A DNA stretch of 64,000 bases from Bdellovibrionales bacterium. Its GTDB lineage: Bacteria > Bdellovibrionota > UBA1018 > CAIMNF01. The notes below the pieces were generated by a model, which was not told where the DNA came from, did no database searches, and saw only the letters and a list, made by a program, of their open reading frames with translations. The stretch is from assembly GCA_040380025.1 (NCBI GenBank), contig JBEIJY010000006.1, forward strand, positions 37,608 to 101,607, read 5' to 3'. Position 1 is the stretch's first letter. Each line of letters opens with the position of its first letter. Positions 31,524 through 41,853 of the stretch are shown here, one piece after another. A program made the position numbers and the translations under genes.

Positions 31524-32005
31524 TGGAAAAGCATCTTTCTGACCGGTTCTACGGAGCCATGAGCAAGCTCGAGCCACGGTATCCGAATAAAAAGGCGCTC
31601 ATTCTTCCCGCGCTTCATCAGGCGCAAAAAGAATACGGCTGGCTTCCCAAAGAGGTGCTTGCCGAGGTTGCCGAGTACATCGGAGTCCATGAAGCGCAGA
31701 TTCGCGAGGTCGCGAGCTTTTACACCATGTACAACCTGAAGCCCGTGGGCAAAACCCATTTGAAGCTTTGCACGAACGTGGCCTGCTGTCTTCGCGGCGC
31801 TGACGATTTGATGGAGTACGCCGAAAAGAAGCTCGGCGTGAAATGTGGCGAGACGACTCCGGACGGACTGTTCACGCTCTCCGAAGAAGAATGCCTCGGG
31901 GCCTGCACGACGGCTCCGGTGATGATGGCGAATGACGAGTATGTCGAGAACCTCGACATCCGGGCCTTGAACGAGCTCATTGAGAAGGTGAAGCATGAGC
32001 GCTGA
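31523..32005 (+). CDS. nuoE: NADH-quinone oxidoreductase subunit E
   Basis: CTNVAC...ECLGAC [2Fe-2S] motif. Confidence 0.96.
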   Translation: MEKHLSDRFYGAMSKLEPRYPNKKALILPALHQAQKEYGWLPKEVLAEVAEYIGVHEAQIREVASFYTMYNLKPVGKTHLKLCTNVACCLRGADDLMEYAEKKLGVKCGETTPDGLFTLSEEECLGACTTAPVMMANDEYVENLDIRALNELIEKVKHER

Positions 32006-33275
32006 AACGCAAACCCTGTTTGTCCAGCATTTCTGGAACGATTCCAACCGCACGCTCGATTACTACGTGAAGCGCATGAACGGCTATGAGTCGGCAAAAA
32101 AAGTCATTGCGACCATGACGCCGGACCAGGTCATCGAGGAAGTGAAGAAAGCGAACATCCGCGGACGCGGGGGCGCGGGGTTCCCGATGGGAATGAAGTG
32201 GGGCTTCATTCCAAAGAACTCCGAGAAGCCCAAATACCTCGTGTGCAACGCCGATGAATCCGAGCCGGGAACCTGCAAGGACCGGCAGATCATCCGCTAT
32301 ACGCCGCATTTGCTGATCGAGGGTCTCATCATCGGCTCGTACGCGATCGGGTGCCATCATTCGTATGTGTACATCCGCGGCGAGTATGTGCGTGAGGCGG
32401 AGCTCTTGAATGCGGCGATCGAAGAAGCCTACAAAAACGGCTATCTCGGCAAAAACGTGTTCGGTTCGGGCTTTGATCTCGACATCACCGTGCATCGGGG
32501 TGCCGGCGCTTACATTTGCGGCGAAGAGACGGGCCTTCTGAACTCGCTCGAAGGAAAGCGCGGCGAGCCCCGCGTGAAGCCGCCGTTCCCGGCCGTTTCG
32601 GGTGCGTTTTCGTGTCCGACGGCGGTGAACAACGTCGAGTCGATCGCGAATGTTCCGCACATCATCCGCCTGGGCGGCGAGGAGTTCGCGAAGCTCGGAA
32701 AAATCGACAAGTCCGGCGGAACCCGCCTCATCTCGCTCTCGGGGCACGTGAACAAGCCCGGAGTGTATGAGGCGCTCGCCGGTTCGATGACCGTGCGCCA
32801 GATCATCGAGGATTTCGGCGGCGGCGTCTGGAAGGGCAAGCGCCTGAAGGCCGTGATCCCGGGCGGCTCATCGTCGCCCGTGCTCACCGCGGACGAGATC
32901 GACGTGGTCTACGATGTCGAACCCCTGATGAAGATCGGCACGATGATGGGCTCTGCCGCCGTCATGGTCATCGACGAAGACACCGACATGGTGAAGCTCC
33001 TGCTCCGGATCACGAAATTCTACGCGCATGAGTCGTGCGGGCAGTGCACGCCCTGCCGCGAGGGTTGCCACTGGATGGAGTCGATTCTTCATAAGATTTT
33101 GCACGGGGAGGCGAAGCCTTCGGACATCGACCTGTTGGTCGATGTGGCCGGGAACATCGGAGGAAAAACCTTGTGCGCGCTCGGAGATGCGGCCGCGATG
33201 CCGGTCCAGAGCTTCGTGAAGAAGTTCCGGAGCGAGTTCGAGGCGTATGTGAAGGGACAAAAGAGCCATGCCTAA
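31995..33275 (+). CDS. nuoF: NADH-quinone oxidoreductase subunit F
   Basis: GRGGAGF, NADESEPG, GAYICGEE and SCGQCTPCREG motifs. Confidence 0.97.
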   Translation: MSAETQTLFVQHFWNDSNRTLDYYVKRMNGYESAKKVIATMTPDQVIEEVKKANIRGRGGAGFPMGMKWGFIPKNSEKPKYLVCNADESEPGTCKDRQIIRYTPHLLIEGLIIGSYAIGCHHSYVYIRGEYVREAELLNAAIEEAYKNGYLGKNVFGSGFDLDITVHRGAGAYICGEETGLLNSLEGKRGEPRVKPPFPAVSGAFSCPTAVNNVESIANVPHIIRLGGEEFAKLGKIDKSGGTRLISLSGHVNKPGVYEALAGSMTVRQIIEDFGGGVWKGKRLKAVIPGGSSSPVLTADEIDVVYDVEPLMKIGTMMGSAAVMVIDEDTDMVKLLLRITKFYAHESCGQCTPCREGCHWMESILHKILHGEAKPSDIDLLVDVAGNIGGKTLCALGDAAAMPVQSFVKKFRSEFEAYVKGQKSHA

Positions 33276-34680
33276 ATGCACGATTGACGGAAAAGAAGTC
33301 GAGTTTTCGCCGGGCGAGAACCTGGTCAAGGTCGCCAAGCGCGCCGGGGTCGAAATCCCCGTGTTTTGTTATCATCCGGGGCTTTCGGTCGTCGCCCAGT
33401 GCCGCATGTGTTACGTCGAGGTCGAGAAAATGCCGAAACTCCAGACGGCGTGCTCGACGATGGCAGTCGAGGGAATGGTCGTGAAGACCCAATCCGAGGC
33501 GGTGAAGAAAGGCCGCGCGGGAACGATGGAGTTCCTGCTTTTGAATCATCCGCTCGATTGCCCGATTTGCGACAAGGCCGGAGAATGCGACCTGCAGGAC
33601 AACTCCTACGGCCACGGCGGCGCCTACATGCGCCACAGTGAGGAACGCCGGACCTACGTCGATGTGGACATGGGGCCCGTGATTCAAAAGAACATGAATC
33701 GCTGCATTCACTGCACGCGTTGCATCCGCTTCGGGGACGAAGTCGCAGGAATCCATGAAATGGTCGCGATCCAGCGCGGGAACAACATCGACATCACGAC
33801 CATCGACGGGAAGCAACTCAAGACCGAATACGCCGGGAATTACTCGGACATTTGCCCGACCGGGTCCCTGACCCTGAAGGACTTCCGCTTCAAAAAACGC
33901 GCGTGGATGCTGAAGAAAACTCCGACCATCTGCGAGGGATGCTCGAAGGGCTGCAACATGGAAGTCCAGCACGAGGGCAATGTGGTGTACCGCTGCGTGC
34001 CTCGCGAGAACCTCGAGATCAACCAGTATTGGATGTGCGACGAGGGCCGGTTCAATTACCGCTACACCCAAGACGAGAGCCGCGTGCTCGTGCCGATGAA
34101 GAAGAGCGGCGGTTCGTGGCTCGTTTCGGAGTGGGATTCGGTTCTTTCGGAACTGCGGGCGGACCTCTCGGCAAAAGAGGTGGTGTGCCTCGTCGGCTCC
34201 GACCTGACGAACGAAGAGATGTCGGCCATTCGCGAGACCATGGGGACGATCGCAAAGAGCGCGAAGCTCATGAGCTTCGGGACTCCCGGAATCGGAACGG
34301 CCTCCCAGGACGGGCCGGCCGACACCATTCTGAAAATGAAGAGCAAGACCGCGAACCTGAACGGGGCCGAGAAGGCCGGATTTGCGCCGGTCACTGGAGC
34401 AGTTCGGGCCGAGGTGGTCGTGGTGTTCCGGGGCGGCCGGGCCGAGCTTCCCAAAATCGAGGCCTCGCGCGTGTATGGCGCCGGAGTGTTTTTGGAGCGT
34501 GACCGGGGCGCGCTGACGGCCATTCTTCCGGGTCTCAGCTTTCTTGAAAAAGACGGAACCATCGTGAACCACCAGGGCAAAGAGCAACGCCTGCAGAAGG
34601 CGATCACTCCCCGCGGACGGTGCAAATCGACGGGCGAGATGCTGATGCTTCTTTTGAATCAAAAGGCGGTGTCGGCATGA
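33268..34680 (+). CDS. nuoG: NADH-quinone oxidoreductase subunit G, short form
   Basis: CYH..CRMC, HPLDCPICD..GEC, CIHCTRC and CEGCSKGC..CDEGR motifs; 470 aa. Confidence 0.93.
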   Translation: MPKCTIDGKEVEFSPGENLVKVAKRAGVEIPVFCYHPGLSVVAQCRMCYVEVEKMPKLQTACSTMAVEGMVVKTQSEAVKKGRAGTMEFLLLNHPLDCPICDKAGECDLQDNSYGHGGAYMRHSEERRTYVDVDMGPVIQKNMNRCIHCTRCIRFGDEVAGIHEMVAIQRGNNIDITTIDGKQLKTEYAGNYSDICPTGSLTLKDFRFKKRAWMLKKTPTICEGCSKGCNMEVQHEGNVVYRCVPRENLEINQYWMCDEGRFNYRYTQDESRVLVPMKKSGGSWLVSEWDSVLSELRADLSAKEVVCLVGSDLTNEEMSAIRETMGTIAKSAKLMSFGTPGIGTASQDGPADTILKMKSKTANLNGAEKAGFAPVTGAVRAEVVVVFRGGRAELPKIEASRVYGAGVFLERDRGALTAILPGLSFLEKDGTIVNHQGKEQRLQKAITPRGRCKSTGEMLMLLLNQKAVSA

Positions 34681-35768
34681 GCCAGATCGAACTGACCCTG
34701 ATGTTCATCAAGATCGGGCTGGTGTTGATGGGGCTTCTTCTGACCGTACCCCTCATGCTGTTCGTCGAGCGGCGGGGTTCGGCCCTCATGCAGAACCGGC
34801 TCGGCCCGAACCGCATGGGCCCCTTCGGGCTCTTTCAGGCGGCCTGCGATGTGATCAAGTTCATCTTCAAAGAGGACCGCGCCCCCGGGCACGTGAATGC
34901 CTTTTATTACACGCTCGCTCCGTGGATCGCCGTGATCCCGGCCTTCATGACCTTCGCGGTGATCCCCTTTGCGGGATCGCTCACCTTCGACGGTACTACC
35001 ACGCACTTCCAGGTCGCGAATCTCGATGTCGGAGTGTTGTATTGCTTCTCGATCGCTTCGCTCGGCGTGTACGGCATCATCATGGCCGGATGGGCCTCGA
35101 ACAACCACTACTCCCTGCTCGGGAGCCTCCGGAGCTCGGCCCAGATGATCAGCTACGAGCTGACCCTTGGGCTCTCGATCGTGGGAATCATCATGATCTT
35201 CGGATCGATCAAGCTTGGCGACATCGCCGCAGGTCAGGGCGAGGTGCTCTTGCAGCTCGGACCCCTTTCGATTCCGAAGTGGGGCATGTTCCTGCAACCG
35301 GTCGGGTTTGTGCTCTTCGTGATTTCGGTGTTCGCCGAGACGAATCGCCTCCCCTTCGATCTTCCCGAGGGAGAGTCCGAGCTGATCGCCGGGTATCACC
35401 TCGAATACGGCTCGATGCGCTTCGCCCTCTTCATGATGGCGGAATTCGTGAACATGGCCGTCGCCTCGGGGCTCATCACGACCCTTTTTTGCGGAGGCTG
35501 GCAGATGCTTCCGTTCTTCGGGCATCTGGTCGATCTGATCCACGGGTTCGGGTTCATCGAAAACCGCGGCCTGATCGAAGTGTTGCTTCAGGCGGTATCG
35601 TTTTTGCTGAAGGTCGCCTTCTGGATGTGGTTCTTTGTCTGGGTTCGCTGGACGATTCCGCGCTTTCGCTTCGACCAGCTCATGAATCTGGGCTGGAAGG
35701 TGCTGTTTCCGCTCGGGCTCGTGAACGTGCTCGTGACCGGATATCTCGTCTACAAAGGAGTGCTCTGA
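34677..35768 (+). CDS. nuoH: NADH-quinone oxidoreductase subunit H
   Basis: ERR...RLGP, AQMISYE and AETNRLPFDLPEGESEL motifs. Confidence 0.97.
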   Translation: MSQIELTLMFIKIGLVLMGLLLTVPLMLFVERRGSALMQNRLGPNRMGPFGLFQAACDVIKFIFKEDRAPGHVNAFYYTLAPWIAVIPAFMTFAVIPFAGSLTFDGTTTHFQVANLDVGVLYCFSIASLGVYGIIMAGWASNNHYSLLGSLRSSAQMISYELTLGLSIVGIIMIFGSIKLGDIAAGQGEVLLQLGPLSIPKWGMFLQPVGFVLFVISVFAETNRLPFDLPEGESELIAGYHLEYGSMRFALFMMAEFVNMAVASGLITTLFCGGWQMLPFFGHLVDLIHGFGFIENRGLIEVLLQAVSFLLKVAFWMWFFVWVRWTIPRFRFDQLMNLGWKVLFPLGLVNVLVTGYLVYKGVL

Positions 35769-35769
35769 C

Positions 35770-36213
35770 ATGTTGGCGCAACGAAAACCGGGCTTTCTGA
35801 ACCGGCTCTACCTCATCGAGATCTTCCGGGGGCTGTTCATCACCCTGAAGAACTTCCTCTTCCATAAAAAGGTGACGATCCAGTTCCCCGAGCAGAGGCG
35901 CGATTACTCGCCCCGCTATCGCGGTCAGCACTACATCAAGGCTGTGAACGGCGTCGAGAACTGTACTGCCTGCATGCTGTGCCCGACCGTTTGCCCCGCC
36001 GAGTGCATTCACATCGTGGCCGGCGAGCGCGAGGACAAAGAGAAGTATCCGGTCAAGTTCGAGATCGACTCGCTCCGCTGCTGTTTTTGCGGAATGTGCG
36101 AAGAGGCGTGTCCGAAAGACGCGATCAAGCTCTCGAACATCTACGAGATGAGCCAGCAGAACCGCACCGTCTACGAAAAGGACTTCCTTTTGGAGCAGAG
36201 GGGGAACAAGTGA
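35770..36213 (+). CDS. nuoI: NADH-quinone oxidoreductase subunit I
   Basis: CTACMLCPTVCP and CCFCGMCEEACP. Confidence 0.96.
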   Translation: MLAQRKPGFLNRLYLIEIFRGLFITLKNFLFHKKVTIQFPEQRRDYSPRYRGQHYIKAVNGVENCTACMLCPTVCPAECIHIVAGEREDKEKYPVKFEIDSLRCCFCGMCEEACPKDAIKLSNIYEMSQQNRTVYEKDFLLEQRGNK

Positions 36214-36755
36214 TGGATTACCGTCTGCTTGCGTTCTTCATCTTTTCGACGATCGCCGTGCTGGGGTCGCTGATGGTGGTCTTGAAGAAGAACCCCGTCG
36301 CCTCGGCGTTCTCGCTCGTGATCGTGTTCTTTTCGTTCGCGGGACTCTACGCGCTCATGGCGGCCCATCTGGTCGCGGCCTTGCAAATTCTGGTTTATAC
36401 CGGCGCCATCATGGTTCTGTTCGTGTTTGTGATCATGCTCCTGAACCAGGACAACCCGGTCGAGGACCTGCGCGCATCGAGCGGGGTCTTCAAGGGATTC
36501 GCCGCACTCTGCACCGGTGCGCTCGCGTATTTTCTGATTCGTGTCGCCTTGCTCGCCCGCGAGGTGACCCCGCGCGGAAGCCTGAACGACGAAAAAATCG
36601 AGGAGCTCGGCGGGAATGTGCGGGTGATCTCGGAGTCGCTGTTCTCGGATCATCTGTTCCAGTTCGAACTGACCTCGTTTTTGCTTTTGGGTGCGATTGT
36701 CGGCACCATCGCGCTCGCCAAGCGCAAGACCGTCAAAGGAGAGGCCGGAACATGA
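36213..36755 (+). CDS. nuoJ: NADH-quinone oxidoreductase subunit J
   Basis: QILVYTGAIMVLFVFVIML and FELTS motifs. Confidence 0.95.
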   Translation: MDYRLLAFFIFSTIAVLGSLMVVLKKNPVASAFSLVIVFFSFAGLYALMAAHLVAALQILVYTGAIMVLFVFVIMLLNQDNPVEDLRASSGVFKGFAALCTGALAYFLIRVALLAREVTPRGSLNDEKIEELGGNVRVISESLFSDHLFQFELTSFLLLGAIVGTIALAKRKTVKGEAGT

Positions 36756-37060
36756 TTGCGTTCGAACCCTGGATGATGCTCGTGGTTTCGGTCCTGATTT
36801 TTTGCATCGGCCTCTTCGGTCTGATCGTGCGGAAGAACCTGCTCGTGATGCTGATGTGTGTGGAGCTCATGCTGAATGGCGCGAATCTGAGCTTTGTCGC
36901 GTTTTCGAAGATGCACCAGCTGATCGAGGGGCACCTTTCGGTCCTGTTCGTCATGACGGTCGCGGCGGCCGAGTCGGCGGTGGGCCTCGGGCTCGTGATC
37001 GCACTCTTCCGTACGCTCCGAACGGTCGATTCGGATCAAATCCAACTTTTGAGGGACTGA
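36752..37060 (+). CDS. nuoK: NADH-quinone oxidoreductase subunit K
   Basis: VELMLN and AAAESAVG motifs. Confidence 0.96.
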   Translation: MIAFEPWMMLVVSVLIFCIGLFGLIVRKNLLVMLMCVELMLNGANLSFVAFSKMHQLIEGHLSVLFVMTVAAAESAVGLGLVIALFRTLRTVDSDQIQLLRD

Positions 37061-37063
37061 GCG

Positions 37064-38906
<1,843 letters not shown>

Positions 38907-38920
<14 letters not shown>

Positions 38921-40388
38921 TTCCCTGAGCTTCTTGTTGACCGTTCCCCTGATGGGGGCCTTGATCTCGCTCCTCGTGCCGAAGGCCTCGCAAAGGTTGT
39001 ATGCGATCTTCGGGAGCGTGCTGTTTCTGGGCCTGACCGTGTACGAAACGGCGTCGCTTCTGTTTTGCAAGAGCGCCGAAGAGGCCGCGCGGCTTGCGAT
39101 CGAGCACCGGCTCGACTGGGTTCCCGATCTCGGACTGAGCCTCTCGCTCCGGCTCGATTCGGTTTCGGTTTGGTTTGTCGTTTTGAATGCGCTCGTGGCG
39201 GTACTCGCGTTCTCGACCCGTGGAATCTGGTACCGGAAGAGCCCGGGACTGTTCACGGGGCTCGGGTTTTTCTTGCTCTTCGCCCTGAATGCCGCGTTTT
39301 TGAGCAATGACCTGATCGCCTTTTATCTCGCCTACGAGTCGGTGTTCATCCCGATGATCTTCATGGTCGGAATCTGGGGCGTGCGCCAGAAGGCCGCCTC
39401 GGTGTTTCGTTTTTTCTTGATGAGCTTTTTCGGGTCGATCCTGATGTTGGTTTCGATCTTTTATTTGGTGCGCGAGGGCGCGGTGTCGGGAGCGGGCTAC
39501 TCTTCGCATCTTTCGGATTTGATTCGGGTCGCAAGCGGTCTCGGGCCCGAACGGTCGGCATGGGTGTTCCTGGGTTTCTTTTTGGCGTTTGCGATCAAGG
39601 TGCCCCTGGTGCCCTTCCACGGCTGGCTCAAGGACGTGTACACAAACGCCCCTGTGCCGGCGACCATCTGGATGTCGGCCATCCTCTCGAAGCTCGGCGT
39701 CTTCGGCATGATTCGCTTTGTGGTTCCGATGTTCCAAGGGGTGATCCTCGAGCATCAGGCGGTACTGCTCTCGCTTGCGGCGATCTCGGTGGTGTATGCC
39801 GCATTCCTTGCGATCCGGAGCTCTTCGCCGAAGACCCTCCTTGCCTACTCCTCGATCAGCCACCTCGGCTTTGTGATGATGGGCGTCTTTAGCATGAAGC
39901 AGGCCGGGGCCAGTGCCGCGATTCTGCTGAGCGCAGGGCACACCCTCGCGAGCGGGTTGCTGTTCTTTCTTCTGGCCCAGGTCGAAGAGCGGCAAGAAGG
40001 GCTCGATCTCAATACGGCCCACGGCCTCGCAGGGCGCTACCCGGTGCTCTTCACCACGATGTTCCTTGCCGTTCTGGCCTCGGTCTCGTTGCCCGGAACG
40101 ATGAACTTTGCAGGGGAATTCCTCGTTTTGCTCGAGGCCTATCCCTCGAGTGCGCTCTGGACGGCGGTGGCCGGGGCCGGAGTCGTATTGGGCGCGGTGT
40201 ACATGCTCCGGTTTTATCAGCAACTCGGCCTGGGAAGCCCCGGCTCCTCGGGCAACGGGGCATCGGGCTCTGCCGAAGCAGCCGGAACAGGCGATTTGAG
40301 CGGTTTGGACCTGATTCTCGTGATCGGGCTCATGGGAATGATTCTCGCGGGTGGATTTCAGACCGCGATCTTTTTGAAGGGAAACTGA
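38907..40388 (+). CDS. nuoM: NADH-quinone oxidoreductase subunit M
   Basis: AYES, IKVPLVPFHGW, LSKLG, AYSSISH and NFAGE motifs. Confidence 0.96.
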
Positions 40389-40389
40389 G

Positions 40390-41847
40390 ATGACTCTCGA
40401 TCTGGTTCCATTGACCCCCTGGCTCGTGCTCTGCGCGGGAATTCTGATCACGATGATGGTGAGTGTGGTTCGGGTCGAAACCCGAAGACCGGCACAGGTG
40501 TTCACCCTGCTCACTCTTGCTGCCACGCTGATCTCGGCGCTTTCGAGTGTTGCGGCCGAGCCGGTGACCTTGTTCGGGGGCGCATTCGAGGCCTCGGCCC
40601 TGACACGGGTCACGCTCGCCCTGCTTTCGGGGCTCGGGATTCTGTTCGTCGTCGGGACGAGCGATTATCTTACCCGCGAAAAGCTCCATTACTCCGATTA
40701 CTATCACCTTCTTTTGATCCTGATCCTGGGCGCAGGGGTTCTGGTGTCGTCGCGCGATCTCGTGGCCGCATTCATCGCGCTCGAGGTGATGTCGCTGCCG
40801 GCCTACACTCTCGCCGGCTTCAGACGGAATGACTCCCGCTCGAATGAGGCGGCGATCAAGTATTTCATTCTGGGCGGTGCGATCGGCGCGGTGTTTTTGC
40901 TCGGAACCTCGTTTTTGTTCGGGTCAACGGGCTCCACCAATCTTGGAGCGATTCAGGCGTGGTCCCGCTCTTCGGGCGGTCCCGATGCCCTCTTTCGTGT
41001 GGGGCAGGTTCTGGTCATCGCCTCGTTTTTGTTCAAGGTCGCGGCGGCGCCGTTTCACTTCTGGAAGCCGGATGTATACGAGGGCGCGCCCGTGCCGGTC
41101 ACCGGCATCATGGCGACCATTGTGACTTCCGGAGCATTCCTGTTCCTCGTGCGGCTTGCGCATCTGCCCGAATGGTCCGACCCGGCCTGGGCGCAAAATC
41201 TGGCCGAGATGAAGCTGGTCTTTCGCCTTGCGGCCGGAGCGAGCCTCGTGATCGGCTCGGCTGTGATGATCACGCAAAAAAACCTGAAGCGCATGATGGC
41301 GTATTCGTCGATCACCCATTCCGGCTATTTGCTTCTTGGTCTTTTGGGAACCCTCGAACACCCCGAGCAGATCCAATCCGTGCTCGTGTATCTTGTGGGC
41401 TATTCGCTCATGAGCACCGGCGTGTTCGTGCTTCTGAGCCTGTCCCAGGCTCCCGGGGATTCCGGCGTCGAGCTGGTCGATGTGACCGGCCTCATGAAGC
41501 GTTCTCCGGCCCTGACCTTCCTTTGGGCGGTGTTTTTGTTCTCGATGGCGGGAATGCCGCTCACGATCGGCTTTTTCGCCAAGTACTTCGTGTTCCTCTC
41601 GTCGATCAGCGGAGGCGAGGTGGCCTTGGTGGTTCTTGCGGCGCTTTGCACGGTGGTAAGCGCCTATGCGTATCTGCGGCCCGTGGCCTTGATGGTCATG
41701 CGGGAGGCTGACCCCGGAGCCGCCGTGTGGGATGCCCGCTATAAGAGTCAAATCGTTGTCGTGCTTGCGGCCGCGGCCGTGCTCTTTTTGGGGACCATGC
41801 CCAATGCCATGATACACTACCTGAAATGGATCCCGCTGATCCGATGA
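40390..41847 (+). CDS. nuoN: NADH-quinone oxidoreductase subunit N
   Basis: LEVMS, EAAIKYF, FKVAAAPFH.WKPDVYEG, AYSSITH and FAKY motifs. Confidence 0.96.
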   Translation: MTLDLVPLTPWLVLCAGILITMMVSVVRVETRRPAQVFTLLTLAATLISALSSVAAEPVTLFGGAFEASALTRVTLALLSGLGILFVVGTSDYLTREKLHYSDYYHLLLILILGAGVLVSSRDLVAAFIALEVMSLPAYTLAGFRRNDSRSNEAAIKYFILGGAIGAVFLLGTSFLFGSTGSTNLGAIQAWSRSSGGPDALFRVGQVLVIASFLFKVAAAPFHFWKPDVYEGAPVPVTGIMATIVTSGAFLFLVRLAHLPEWSDPAWAQNLAEMKLVFRLAAGASLVIGSAVMITQKNLKRMMAYSSITHSGYLLLGLLGTLEHPEQIQSVLVYLVGYSLMSTGVFVLLSLSQAPGDSGVELVDVTGLMKRSPALTFLWAVFLFSMAGMPLTIGFFAKYFVFLSSISGGEVALVVLAALCTVVSAYAYLRPVALMVMREADPGAAVWDARYKSQIVVVLAAAAVLFLGTMPNAMIHYLKWIPLIR

Positions 41848-41853
41848 AGGAAG

